Positions 1 to 11,490 of a stretch of DNA of 64,000 nt are shown here, piece by piece; the first letter of the stretch is position 1, and each line of letters begins with the position of its first letter. The stretch lies in assembly GCA_965246715.1 (NCBI GenBank), contig CBDFFH010000043.1, forward strand, positions 32,001 through 96,000. The letters are read 5' to 3'. Below the pieces are notes generated by a model. It was not told where the DNA came from, made no database searches, and saw only the letters and a list, made by a program, of their open reading frames with translations. The translations under genes and the position numbers were made by a program. This stretch comes from Chamaesiphon sp. Its GTDB lineage: Bacteria; Cyanobacteriota; Cyanobacteriia; Cyanobacteriales; Chamaesiphonaceae.

Positions 1-291
1 CTGTTCCTAGATTTCCTCACGGGCGAGAAAGATTACGACTGCACTCCCTGGGGCAGTCCTAGCTATAGTGTCCTCGGTTGGCAAAAGCCCTGCTACCTGC
101 TCAATGAAGGCTATTACAGCAGTTTCCAGGAACTTTTGGATGAAACTGACTGGGATAAATACGGACACGCCAGCGGCAATCCTAAGTGCCAAGATTGCAT
201 GGTGCATTGTGGGTTTGAACCCACCGCCGCCCTCGCTGCATTGCAACCGCAGAATATGGTCAGAGCGTTGGGCAGCGTTCTGGGCTGGTAA
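1..291 (+). CDS. hpnH: Hopanoid biosynthesis radical SAM protein HpnH, C-terminal part (5' end outside window)
   Basis: Frame 1 translated by hand: LFLDFLTGEKDYDCTPWGSPSYSVLGWQKPCYLLNEGYY...GNPKCQDCMVHCGFEPTA...GW*; TAA at 289-291. Not in the ORF track. Confidence 0.85.
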   Translation: MFLDFLTGEKDYDCTPWGSPSYSVLGWQKPCYLLNEGYYSSFQELLDETDWDKYGHASGNPKCQDCMVHCGFEPTAALAALQPQNMVRALGSVLGW

Positions 292-337
292 TTCGTGTTC
301 GATCGCCCTTGGGGTGCGCTTGCGCGTTCGGCTAAAA

Positions 338-381
338 AAACAGTAGCAGATTTGAGTTAAATCTCAGATCTGCTACTGTTT
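338..381. terminator. Bidirectional hairpin terminator between convergent hpnH and ado
   Basis: AAACAGTAGCAGATTTGAG...CTCAGATCTGCTACTGTTT inverted repeat. Confidence 0.7.
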
Positions 382-407
382 GACGATCGTTAAATTTCTG
401 ACAATCC

Positions 408-1103
408 TTATGCACCCATCAACCCATAAGCCGACATCCGCATGATTTCGCCAGTATTAAAGCCAATATTATTTAAAGCTTCGCCGTAAGCAATCATGAA
501 GTCTTCAATCAGCGCATCTTTCTCCATCCCCAAGACTTTGGCATCCTTAGCAACTTGGTTTAACATCTTCCAGACCAGGGGAAGATTTTGACGGTTGGCA
601 GTTTGGAGCTCGGCTTTAGAGGCTTCAAAATTGTGTTGGAGCCAGACTTCACCAAAATTGAGGTGCATGTACTCATCCTTGACTACTCCCTCAGTAATCT
701 TCCGCGCAAAACTGTCAGCAACTGGAATATAAATGTTATAAGCCGCGATCGCAAAACATTCGATAATCAGAGATTGAATTAACAGACAGGTGACGATGTT
801 ACCCGCCGCCGCTGCCACCTGAAAGTTCTCATGTAACTGAGCGAAGAATTCTTTAGCAAAACCTAAGTCTGGAGTTACGGCTAAATTGCGACCACAGGCT
901 TCAAAACCCTTCTTGTGCCGCAGCTCCATTTTGGACAACTTAACTAAATCTTCTTGAGCGTCTGGTAATAGTCCACCCAAGGTAATATAGTTTTCATGCG
1001 CTTCCTGTTCGCCCTCAATTACAATCGCGTTGACGCGACTGTAGGCATCTTTATAGGTCTCGCTTGCAAAGTTAAGTTCCAAACTGGTTGCCATCTGAAC
1101 CAT
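408..1103 (-). CDS. ado: Aldehyde-deformylating oxygenase (alkane biosynthesis)
   Basis: [23 protein letters not shown], ExxH di-iron motifs, [17 protein letters not shown]. Start placed at ATG 1103 behind an AGGAG RBS. Confidence 0.95.
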   Translation of the reverse strand: MVQMATSLELNFASETYKDAYSRVNAIVIEGEQEAHENYITLGGLLPDAQEDLVKLSKMELRHKKGFEACGRNLAVTPDLGFAKEFFAQLHENFQVAAAAGNIVTCLLIQSLIIECFAIAAYNIYIPVADSFARKITEGVVKDEYMHLNFGEVWLQHNFEASKAELQTANRQNLPLVWKMLNQVAKDAKVLGMEKDALIEDFMIAYGEALNNIGFNTGEIMRMSAYGLMGA

Positions 1104-1279
1104 GAGTTCGATTTCTCCTATTTTATCCAAAATAATATTTAATTTTATTTATCTGAGCTGATTTAATGAACTACCCTACTTTTTGCAGCAGCTAATTCAT
1201 CATAATTTTTGCTAATTAATCATAAAGATTTATATCAATTTCCAAGCTCCACTATCTTAACCGATCGGCGACCAAAACC

Positions 1280-2116
1280 GTGCATAAATTATCCAATTCC
1301 AGCTATTTTCGATGGTGGTCGCTTTTAAACTGGCTGCTGCTCCTGGGGGGAGCTGGCTTAATTTTGGCTCCACTGGGCGTTGTCGCGATCGCGTCAATTA
1401 CCCCGGTGAGCACTATTTCCACTAGCTTTGAACTGCCTACCCACATCACTTTTGCTAACTACCGAGCCGCTTGGCAACAAGGAAACTTCCTCCTGGCGTT
1501 TGCCAATTCTACGTTGGTTGCACTAGCGGTAACTGCCGCACAAATTTTTACATCTGCCCTGGCAGGTTATGCTCTAGCTCGACTCAAATTTAGAGGTCGT
1601 CAAGCATTGCTGTTAGTAGTGCTAGCTACCCTCGTTATTCCCTTCCAACTCCTGGTAATTCCGATTTTTTTGATTCTGAAGTGGGGGCATCTACTTAATA
1701 CCTATTGTGCCATAATTCTCCCTACTGCTGCCAATGGCTTTGGCATCTTTCTGTTGCGTCAGTTTTTTCTGACTATTCCGATCGAATTAGAACAAGCTGC
1801 CAGTCTCGATGGTGCCAATCGGCTCCAAATTCTCTGGCGAATTATGCTGCCATTATCTCGTCCTGCGCTAGTAACGCTGTTTTTATTCACGTTCATCGGT
1901 GAGTGGAATGATTTGTTTAAACCTTTAATTTTTACCACCCGCCCCGAACTGCGGACGGTACAACTCGCCCTAGCCGAATTTCAAGAACAGTTTACCAATA
2001 GTTGGCAGCTACTGATGGCAGCAGTTGGGATTGCTACATTACCAGTTGTATTACTCTTTTTGCTCGGGCAGCAACAGTTTATTCGGGGGATTGCCAGCAC
2101 GGGGATTAAAGAATAG
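1280..2116 (+). CDS. Carbohydrate ABC transporter permease (MalG-like)
   Basis: Multiple TM segments; EAA loop ELEQAASLDGA. Confidence 0.9.
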   Translation: MHKLSNSSYFRWWSLLNWLLLLGGAGLILAPLGVVAIASITPVSTISTSFELPTHITFANYRAAWQQGNFLLAFANSTLVALAVTAAQIFTSALAGYALARLKFRGRQALLLVVLATLVIPFQLLVIPIFLILKWGHLLNTYCAIILPTAANGFGIFLLRQFFLTIPIELEQAASLDGANRLQILWRIMLPLSRPALVTLFLFTFIGEWNDLFKPLIFTTRPELRTVQLALAEFQEQFTNSWQLLMAAVGIATLPVVLLFLLGQQQFIRGIASTGIKE

Positions 2117-2300
2117 GGATCATCAGCAAACGGAGTAATCCGCAGCTAATGTGAACCAAACCACCCCAATAAGGGTAAACCTTATTTTCGTCATGACACC
2201 TTGAGAGTTCGCTAGCTCCCTGCCCTGTCACCCCTGACTAAACATTCCGAAAGGAAAGTGTCCTGGGTCTAACAAGCTTTGATAAGAAGGTTGAAGCAAA
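2117..2300 (+). ncRNA. Putative IscB-type omega RNA / HEARO-like scaffold, interrupted at its 3' end by intron 1; no iscB follows
   Basis: Ordered motifs recalled from cyanobacterial RRXRR/IscB leaders: ACCAAACC..., GTCATGACACC...GCTAGCTCCCTGCCCTGTCA, GACTAAACA-TTCCGAAAGGAA-AGTGTC, CTAACAAGC, GTTGAAGCAAA. Internal pairings include TGACA/TGTCA and CTTAT/ATAAG. Boundaries approximate. Confidence 0.65.
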
Positions 2301-4506
2301 GTGCGATTCGTTGAAGTATGAATCACGGTGTAAGTCCGTACATAATACCCCCAAGCTGGCTACAAGACATGTAGCACTTCAAGGCTTGAACTGTCCGATT
2401 GATGTAGGTGAAAAGCCCTACTCCTCAAACTCAGAGGTAACACCTTATCTGCCCACACCGACACGACTCGGAATTCGTGAGAGTGAAGCTGGGAACAGGG
2501 CTGAATCAGACCAGAATTGCACTGGACACTGCGGCTAATAGGAAGTCTCCATGATGAAACAGAGCCTAGAAAAACAACCTACAACCAAGCAGTCGCAATC
2601 CTAAAGGCTGACTTCATCAGAGTTAAAATCCCGCCAAATCGTTGCTGATAATGGTATGAGTAAGGGGTTCTGATGGTTGGAGTGGCTACATCTAAAGGGA
2701 CATATCAATCGATTGGATGGAACGAATAAAAACGTGGTTGAGGTCTATGGGTGGTCGCACTCACGGTAATCCAGACGAGAGGGCTAATCCTTCAGACACG
2801 GGTAGGACGACCCGTAATTGGGTCGAGGTATTCAGAATATACAAAACTAAGTAGACCATGATTGGACACAGTTTAACCGCTAGTGAATCTTGGAAGAGTC
2901 TACCCTGGAAACAATTCCAGAAAACCCTCTTTCGGTTACAACGTCGCGTATACAAAGCAGTTCAAGTTGGCGACAAGCGAAAAGCGCGGTCACTACAAAA
3001 ACTGATTCTAAAATCTCAAGCAGCCAGAGTACTAGCTATTCGACAAGTAACACAGTTAAACGCTGGCAATAAAACAGCAGGTATTGATGGCAAAGCATCC
3101 CTCACCTTTGAGGAAACGCTTTACACTAGCATCTGAGCTATCACAACATCATACCAACTGGAAGCACGAAGGCTTACGGGAAATCCCCATCCCTAAAAAA
3201 GATGGAACCACTCGGATGCTTAAAGTGCCTACAATAGCGGATAGAGCTTGGCAATGCATAGCTAAATTCGCTCTCGAACCAGCGCACGAAGCAACGTTCC
3301 ATGCTAGAAGTTACGGGTTTAGGACGGGAAGAAGTGCTCATGATGCACAGAAATACCTGTTCCTCAACCTGAGTTCCAAGAGCAACGGTATTGACAAACG
3401 AGTAATCGAACTCGATATCGAGAAATGCTTCGACAGAATTAACCACTCTACCATCATGGAAAATCTGATTGCCCCCTCAGGGGCTGAAGCTTGGTATCTT
3501 TAGATGCTTAAAAGCCGGAACAAATGTAGGATTTCCTGAACAAGGAACTCCACAAGGTGGGGTGGTTTAGTCCTCTACTAGCCAATATTGCACTCAACGG
3601 GATAGAAAAACTCCACGGTTACAAAATGACTAATGGAGAAATCAACGAACCAAGTATCCGATATGCGGATGATATGGTGATTATACTCAAACCTAATGAT
3701 GATGCAGAGGCAATACTTAACAGAATCAGTGAATTTCTAGCCGAAAGAGGGATGAAGGTCAGCGAACGTAAGACCAAACTAACAGCAGCAACAGATGGAT
3801 TTGACTTCCTTGGATGGCACTTTAGAGTGCAGAAAAATGGAAAGTTTCGTAGTACTCCATCGGCGGATAACTACGAAGCATTTCATAAGAAGGTAAAACA
3901 CATCGTTAATAACTCGAACTATGGTGCCACAACTAAGGCTGAGAAATTAGCCCCAGTGGTTAGAGGATGGAGATACTACCACAAATACTGCAAAATGGAA
4001 GGGTCGAGAAACTCTCTTTACTTCATTCAAAAGCGGGCATATACGGTATTCAACAAGGAATCAAAACAGAATCGACACACTAGCAAAGTTTTTGCTAGAT
4101 AAAGCTTTTCCAACAGTTCCTTACTCCGAAAATAAATATATCAATGTTAAAGGAAATAAATCCCCTTACGACGGCGATATCTCCTACTGGAGTGAGCGTA
4201 AGAGCAAACTCTACGATGGACACACCTCTAGAGCTATTAGAAAGCAAAGCCGTAAGTGCGTAGCCTGTGGATTAACATTCATTGGCGAAGAAAAGGTACA
4301 TCTGCATCACGCGGATGGAAACCACGATAATTGGGACAAAAAGAATCTAGTAGCAATACATGAATCTTGTCACGATTACGTGCATATGAGCAGCAGAGGT
4401 AAAGTTGTCGCAATACACGAACCATGTGAATCTGAACCTAGCACAAGCAAAAGCGCAAGCTAAGAATATCGGGAGCTGGATGCACAGAAATGGGCACGTC
4501 CAGATC
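2301..4506 (+). mobile_element. Group II intron 1 (chloroplast-like IIB), outermost; domain VI and 3' end missing
   Basis: 5' GTGCGATTCGTT at 2301; RT ORF; domain V GGAGCTGGATGCACAGAAATGGGCACGTCCAGATC at 4472-4506, followed directly by the next intron. Confidence 0.9.
2858..4463 (+). pseudogene. ltrA: Intron 1 RT/maturase/HNH ORF with four +1 frameshifts
   Basis: TAGIDG, SYGFR, GTPQGG, RYADD and a C-terminal HNH spread over successive frames. Extra bases at about 3115, 3482, 3567 and 4091. Confidence 0.85.
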
Positions 4507-5151
4507 GTGCGGTTCGTTGATTGAAACCGAAGCCTTTTAGGACTTTGGAGGAAAATCGTCTCTACGCCGCCTTGAGTGCAAGCTCAGAAATATAGTAGAG
4601 ATAACTTTAGTTTAGTGTGAGTGCGTCGAACTCAATTTTTGACAAGTCTCACCCGCTAGGAATGGCGTGATGCCAAAACTGCCCACATGGATGGAGAATA
4701 AAACTCTAAAAATGAAGCTGGGGACAGAACGAGAATAACAAACCTGAGATGGGGGCAACTCGTATAGGTAAGTAGTCATGGTTAAACACTAGTTGAACTC
4801 TCGGAAAAAGCGTCTGAACGTGAACGACCGAACTCAAGGTCGGACAACGACACAAGATAACACGTAAAAGTGTGAAAATACCCGCATTATTTTGATCTGG
4901 ATAAATGCAATTCTGGGAAATCGTGGGCGAAATGAGAGAACCTAAAATTACAAAATAACTAAACTAAGGAACGAATAAAACTGCTCTTTTAACCTCCAGT
5001 CACAGAGATTTAATCTCTGTAGCTGTGGATTCCTTAAATAAGAGTTAGCGGGTAGAGTTGGTAAGATGTACTCGAAAATCCAACAGGTAAGGACTGTTAG
5101 ACAACTGGGTACGGTTTGCATAATCAATGTTCAAAATGCGTAGAGAATGTT

Positions 5152-6729
5152 ATGACAACGGAGTTAAATCCAGTTGATAAATGGAAATCGCTACCGTGGC
5201 GCAAGTTGCGGAAGATTGTATTTCGCCTACAAGTGAGAATATTTAAGGCTCAAAAGAACGGTAACGCGCTCCTAGTGCGTAAGCTTCAGAAACTTCTATT
5301 AAGCTCTAGAGCAGCAAAATTACTAGCCATTCGGCAGGTGACGCAGCTAAATACTGGACGGAAAACCGCTGGGGTGGACGGAAAGAAAGCCCTTGAACCC
5401 TCCCAAAGATTAACACTGTATGAAGTGTTAGTTAAGAACTGGAAGCAATGGAAGCACCAGCCATTAAAGCGAGTGTACATCCCCAAAGCAGACGGAACAA
5501 AAAGAGGATTAGGAATACCAACCATTAGCGATAGAGCATATCAATGTCTAATTAAATATGCCTTGGAACCAGCAGCAGAAGCTACATTCAACGCCCGTTC
5601 ATATGGGTTTAGACCAGGCAGAAGTTGTCACGATGTCCAAAGACTACTATTCAGTAACTTAAACGGTGGTCAAGCCAACGGTCTAAGTAAAAGAATTTTA
5701 GAGCTAGACATCGAAAAATGTTTCGATAAGATCGACCACAAATTCTTAATGCGATCTGTCCAATTACCAAAGGCAGCAAAACAGGGGATTTATCGGGCAA
5801 TTAAAGCCGGAGTTAGAGGGGAATTTCCCTCTTCAGATTCTGGCACACCTCAAGGCGGCGTAATTAGTCCGTTACTGGCAAATATAGTCCTACATGGATT
5901 AGAAAATGTCGGTCATGAATTAAGATACAAAGTCAGAAGTGGGGGCAAACAAATAGATACTATCAAAGGATTCCGATATGCGGACGATGTAGTTTTCTTA
6001 TTAAAACCCGAAGATAACCCAGAAGTCCTCAGACAACACATTGATACCTTTCTGGAAACAAGAGGATTAAAAGTTAAAGAAGCCAAAACCAAGATGGTAC
6101 ATAGTACAGACGGTTTCGACTTCCTTGGGTGGCACTTTAGAGTTAAACCTAATGGTAAATTCATTTCAACACCAAGTCAAAAAGCTACCTTTAGCATCAA
6201 GACGAAAGTTAAAGAAGTGATGAAAGACAGTCGTTTTACCCTCGAACAACGAATCGACAAGTGCGGTGCAATAGTTCGAGGGTGGAGAAACTATCATCGG
6301 TTCTGCGATATGAGTCAACACAACCTGTGGGCTTTAAACCACTGGACGTGGAAATTCATCCGAAAACAGGGAAGATACGACCGTACCCAAACCAATCAGG
6401 TAATATCAAGAGCATTTCCCTCAGTTAAATGGTCTATTTGTAGATTCAACAACGTTATTGGAGATAAATCTCCATACGATGGGGACTTTATATACTGGTC
6501 AAAGCGAGAAAATGTTAACTACGAAGGGGTAACGGCACGACTTCTCAAGAAGCAGAATCATAAATGTACAGAATGTAACCTATCGTTCATTTCTGGGGAC
6601 ATCGCAGAGCTTCACCACATTGACGGCAACCATTCAAATTGGAAACCTAATAATTTGGAAGTACTGCACAGAGAATGTCACCAGCATCAAACCATTCATG
6701 GTCGGATGAGAGTCCGAACAGCGGGGTAG
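5152..6729 (+). CDS. ltrA: Intron 2 reverse transcriptase/maturase with HNH endonuclease (intact)
   Basis: TAGVDG, SYGFRPGRS, GTPQGGVISPLLANI, RYADD, ELHHIDGNH...HRECH. Confidence 0.93.
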   Translation: MTTELNPVDKWKSLPWRKLRKIVFRLQVRIFKAQKNGNALLVRKLQKLLLSSRAAKLLAIRQVTQLNTGRKTAGVDGKKALEPSQRLTLYEVLVKNWKQWKHQPLKRVYIPKADGTKRGLGIPTISDRAYQCLIKYALEPAAEATFNARSYGFRPGRSCHDVQRLLFSNLNGGQANGLSKRILELDIEKCFDKIDHKFLMRSVQLPKAAKQGIYRAIKAGVRGEFPSSDSGTPQGGVISPLLANIVLHGLENVGHELRYKVRSGGKQIDTIKGFRYADDVVFLLKPEDNPEVLRQHIDTFLETRGLKVKEAKTKMVHSTDGFDFLGWHFRVKPNGKFISTPSQKATFSIKTKVKEVMKDSRFTLEQRIDKCGAIVRGWRNYHRFCDMSQHNLWALNHWTWKFIRKQGRYDRTQTNQVISRAFPSVKWSICRFNNVIGDKSPYDGDFIYWSKRENVNYEGVTARLLKKQNHKCTECNLSFISGDIAELHHIDGNHSNWKPNNLEVLHRECHQHQTIHGRMRVRTAG

Positions 6730-7450
6730 ACCCGACTTAGTAGGTGTTAAAACTAGGAGCCGTGTGCGGTTAACGTCGCACGCACGGTTCTGAACGGTGC
6801 GGTTCGTTTTTAGCGCAAATCTCGTAAGAGACTAGTTCTAGAGTCCTCATACCGCCTGGGTTTTGACCCAAAATAATGTGAGGATAACTTCAATTTAGTG
6901 CAAGTGCGCTGCATGAGCAGCAAGTCTTGTCCGTTAGGGATGACGTGATGCCAGACCTGCCAGCGTAGACAGGGAAATAGCCCTGAAAGCGAAGCCTGGG
7001 ACAGGGCGAGGACAACAAACCTGAGATGGGGGTAACTCGCTAAGTACGCGACTATGGTTAAGTTAAGGATTCCGAGTAGGAGGAAACTCCCAAAGGACTA
7101 AGTACGAATGGTCGTATTTCTGAACTCTCTGAAAAAGCATCCAAAACCGACTGTCAGAATTCAATGACAGACAATTACAGGTCAATCGACCACCTCCCGC
7201 ACCATTTCCCTTTTAGATAGGTGCAATCCTGGGGCGTAATGGGTGAATTGAGAGAACCTAAAGTCGCCAAATAACTAAGTTGAGGAACGAATAAAACTGC
7301 TCACAACTTCAGATATTTATCTGTGGAATCCTTAAATAAGATTTACCGGAAGTGGGTTGGTAAGATGTACTCGAAAATTTGTGAAGTAAGGACTCACAGA
7401 CAACTGGGTACGGTTTACAGAAAGTACGTTCAAAACAAGCAGACCATATT

Positions 7451-9017
7451 ATGACGACACGCGAAAGCGCAGTTGATAAATGGAAGGCTATCCCCTGGAA
7501 GAAATTGCAGAAGGTGGTCTTCAGGCTACAAGTGAGAATCTACAAAGCTCAGAAGAACGGTAACGCACTCTTAGTGCGAAAACTTCAAAAACTTCTACTT
7601 AGCTCTAAAGCGGCTAAATTACTTGCCATCCGACAGGTAACACAGCTTAATCTAGGAAAAAGAACCAAAGGTGTGGACAATAAATCTGCACTGAAAGATT
7701 GCTGAAAGATTAGCTTTGTACGAGCATCTATTCAAAAACTGGAAACAGTGGAAACACCAACCGCTCAAACGGGTATTTATACCAAAAGCGGATGGCACTC
7801 AGCGAGGTTTAGGTATTCCAACCATTAGCGATAGAGCTTATCAATGCTTACTCAAATATGCTTTGGAACCAGCAGCGGAAGCTACATTTGGTGCCCGTTC
7901 ATACGGGTTCAGACCTGGCAGAAGTTGTCATGATGTTCAACAAAAAATCTTTAGTAATCTCAATAGCAACGCTAATGGAATTACAAAAAGAATATTGGAA
8001 TTAGACATCGAAAAATGTTTCGACAAGATTGACCACAAATTTTTAATACAATCTGTCCAGCTACCCAAAGCAGCAAAATCTGGACTCTTCAAAGCGATTA
8101 AAGCTGGTGTGAGAGGAGAGTTTCCCTCATCCGAGTCTGGAACACCTCAAGGCGGTGTCATTAGTCCTCTTCTGGCAAATTTAGTCCTACATGGATTAGA
8201 AGATATCGGGAATAAGTACACTAAAAGTGGACTGGAAAAAAGAGGGCAAACACGCGGATTCCGTTATGCGGATGATGTCGTGTACATCTTGCAACCCAAT
8301 GATGATGCGGGTGCCTTACGAGTACGCATAGATGATTTCTTGGCATCAAGAGGTCTGAAAGTCAAAGAAGCCAAAACCAAATTAGTACATAGTACAGATG
8401 GTTTCGACTTCCTAGGGTTCCATCTAAAAGTTAAACCCAATGGTAAGTTCCTCTCAACTCCCAGTCAAGCGAGCTATCGCCAGATTAAGGACAGAGTGAA
8501 AGAAACAATGAAGGATAATCGATTTAATCTCAAACAAAGAATCGCTAAATGCGGATTAATCGTTCGAGGTTGGAGAAATTATCATAAATTTTGCGACATG
8601 TCTGCCGATAACCTTTGGTTCTCAAGGTATTGGACATGGAAATATATCAGGAAGCAAGGCAGTTACGATCGTCAGCAAACCAATCAGGTGATTGAAACAG
8701 CGTTCCCGCCAGTTAAATGGAGTGTGAATTCACACATCAACGTCCAAGGGGATAAATCCCCGTTCGATGGAGATACCATCTACTGGAGCGAACGTTCTAA
8801 CAAAAGCTACAGGGGATTGACTGCTAACCTGATGAAAAGACAAAAGCACACCTGTAATCAATGCGGTTTAAAATTCTTCCCTGGTGACATTTTTGAGTTA
8901 CACCATATCGATGGCGACTGTCTCAATCAGAAGCGAACGAATATGGAAATACTCCATAGGGGATGCCACCAGCACCAATCTATTCATAGAGAAGTGCGAG
9001 TTAGAAAGGCAGTTTAA
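7451..9017 (+). pseudogene. ltrA: Intron 3 RT/maturase/HNH ORF with one +1 frameshift near 7700
   Basis: ORFs 7451-7705 and 7716-9017 join when one T is removed (AAA GAT [T] GCT GAA AGA); RYADD and HNH present. Confidence 0.85.
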
Positions 9018-9062
9018 CGCTTTCCGAGTATCTGTAAACTAGGAGCGTAGTGAAGGGAAACT

Positions 9063-11490
9063 GTGCGCCGTGGTACGCACTGATTGAATTGCCAACTCAG
9101 TTGGCTGGAGTTCAGGGTAACTGACTCCAAGGCGAACAACTTACCTAAACCCGAAAGGGCAAGGGGACAAGAGCATGTTCGTAAAGCGGAGAATAACAGA
9201 AAACGTGTATGTTATGGCTCTGCAACGCCTGAACGATATGGTTAAAGCTAAACTGCCTGAACCCCAATATCCAGAGGTGGAACTGCACATCCTTCGGTAT
9301 CACGTTTGTACACCGATGTCACTGGTAGCCATTAATTCAACTTTCGTTAATGGTACACCCTGACCAGTGAGCAATAAGTAATGAACTTATTCAAGGATAT
9401 GAGTAGGAACCTAAGTCGTTCTTTATACGTTCATCAGTGACGGAACATGGGATTGCCTAAGGGACGCGAGTCCTATGGTGACGGAGTTCTAATAGTAGTC
9501 GTGGGAGTAACGCCCCACCAGGGCAAACGGGAGAGCCGTTTACATGGCGAAGTAGAACAGGTAATAAAGATGAAACAGAAATCGAGAGGTACGCGAGATG
9601 CGAACAGCCGAAACGATACTGAACATCATACGTGAACGCGGACAACGTGGGTTGCCAGTAGAAGATTTGTATCGACTGCTATATCACCCAGATTTGTACT
9701 TACGCGCCTACGCCAAGCTGAACAGCAACACAGGTGCAATGACACCCGGTGCTACAAAGGAAACGGTAGATGGAATGTCCCTGGAGAAAATTAATACCAT
9801 CATTGAGGCTCTGAGATCTGAGCGTTATAGATGGACACCAGCGCGACGTACCTATATCCCGAAGAAAAACGGTAAATTACGACCCCTTGGTATGCCCTCT
9901 TGGTCTGATAAATTACTTCAAGAAGTAATTCGTTCGATACTAGAAGCTTACTATGAACCGCAATTTAGCGAACATTCTCACGGTTTCCGACCAAAGCGTG
10001 GATGTCACACAGCCTTGAAAGAAATTACCCAAAAAGGTCGAGCTACAAAGTGGTTTATCGAAGGAGATATTAGTGCGTGTTTTGACAGAATAGACCATAC
10101 TATTCTGGTGGAAATACTACAAGATAAAATCCACGACAATCGCTTTATCCGACTAATTAAGGGTTTGCTTGATGCAGGCTACTTGGAAAACTGGAAATAC
10201 AACTCCACATATAGCGGAGTTCCGCAGGGTGCAGTGGTAAGCCCAATACTTTCCAATTTGGTACTAGACAAACTGGACAAATACGTCGAATGCGAACTAA
10301 TACCAGCATACACACGAGGTCTTAGAAGGATTGTTTACCCTCCGTACAGAGACTTAACTAAGGCTGCATCAATTGCCCGAAAAGCTGGAAAACTGGAAGC
10401 AGCACGGAAGCTGAACCAACAGGCACAGTCAATTCCGTCCCGTGACCCCAATGACCCAAACTTTCGTCGCCTTTGGTACACAAGGTATGCCGATGATTTC
10501 TTGTTAGGAGTAGTTGGTTCAAAATCTGAAGCTGTGGAAATCAAACAGAAAATCGCCACGTTTTTACGTGATGAGTTAAAACTGGAACTCAGTGATGAAA
10601 AGACCCTCATCAGCCATGCAAGGGATGAGGCTGCTAAATTCCTGGGGTACGAAATTCACATCCTACATGCCGATGATAAACATGACCATCGTGGTCAAAG
10701 ATGTATCAACGGTAGCGTGGGGCTAAGGGTGCCCAAAAGCGTTATTAAAGACCATTGTCTTAAATACATGCGCTCTGGAAAACCAATACACCTGACACAA
10801 AGGGTCAACGATGATGCCTACAGCATAGTTAGCCAATATCAAGCGGAGTATCGAGGAGTAGTCCAATACTACCGTATGGCTTATAACCTCCACACGCTAT
10901 CCTTACTTAAACGAGTTACAGAGCTTTCCCTCGTAAAAACTTTGGCAAAGAAGTTTAAAACCACTTGCCAGAAAATTTACAAGCGATATCGTGCAACCAT
11001 TGATACAAAGGATGGCACTTATCGGGTGCTACAAGTAACAGTGGAACGTGATGGAAAATTACCTCTGAAAACTTATTTTGGTGGAGTTTCTTTGCAGTGG
11101 AACAAGTGGGTCGAAATTGATGATAATCAGGCAAATCATATCTGGAACGGACGTAGTGAAGTCGTTCAACGCCTTTTAGCCCAAGAATGTGAAATTTGTG
11201 GAGCAACGGACAATATTGAAGTCCATCATATTCGCAAATTAGCAGATATTAAGCAACAAGGATGCAAAGAACGTCCAGAATGGATGAAGAAAATGTCGGC
11301 ACGTAGACGTAAAACTTTAGTAGTTTGCCGTCAATGCCACGAGAAAATTCAATATGGTCGCTACGATGGTGAAGCCTTCAAACGTAAAAATTACCGGAAA
11401 GCTACGTGATACGGAAACGGTCATGCGTAGTTTGGAGGGGGGTGGTTGGAAAAGTACCAGTAATGGTAACTCGCTGGCTACCTACCCTAC
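9063..11490 (+). mobile_element. Group II intron 4 (mitochondrial-like, Ll.LtrB-type IIA), innermost and complete
   Basis: 5' GTGCGCCG at 9063; DV AAGCTACGTGATACGGAAACGGTCATGCGTAGTTT; DVI ends CCTACCCTAC at 11490. Confidence 0.92.
9598..11409 (+). CDS. ltrA: Intron 4 LtrA-like RT/maturase/endonuclease (intact)
   Basis: GAMTPG, RPLGMPSWSDK, GVPQGAVVSPILSN, YTRYADDF, CEICG...EVHHIRKL...RKTLVVCRQCH. Confidence 0.95.
   Translation: MRTAETILNIIRERGQRGLPVEDLYRLLYHPDLYLRAYAKLNSNTGAMTPGATKETVDGMSLEKINTIIEALRSERYRWTPARRTYIPKKNGKLRPLGMPSWSDKLLQEVIRSILEAYYEPQFSEHSHGFRPKRGCHTALKEITQKGRATKWFIEGDISACFDRIDHTILVEILQDKIHDNRFIRLIKGLLDAGYLENWKYNSTYSGVPQGAVVSPILSNLVLDKLDKYVECELIPAYTRGLRRIVYPPYRDLTKAASIARKAGKLEAARKLNQQAQSIPSRDPNDPNFRRLWYTRYADDFLLGVVGSKSEAVEIKQKIATFLRDELKLELSDEKTLISHARDEAAKFLGYEIHILHADDKHDHRGQRCINGSVGLRVPKSVIKDHCLKYMRSGKPIHLTQRVNDDAYSIVSQYQAEYRGVVQYYRMAYNLHTLSLLKRVTELSLVKTLAKKFKTTCQKIYKRYRATIDTKDGTYRVLQVTVERDGKLPLKTYFGGVSLQWNKWVEIDDNQANHIWNGRSEVVQRLLAQECEICGATDNIEVHHIRKLADIKQQGCKERPEWMKKMSARRRKTLVVCRQCHEKIQYGRYDGEAFKRKNYRKAT

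Noticed and set aside
2858..11409. DGR, retron or defence-RT cluster
   Set aside because: All RTs have YADD, maturase and HNH domains and lie inside recognisable group II intron RNA ends; no TR/VR or msr-msd seen
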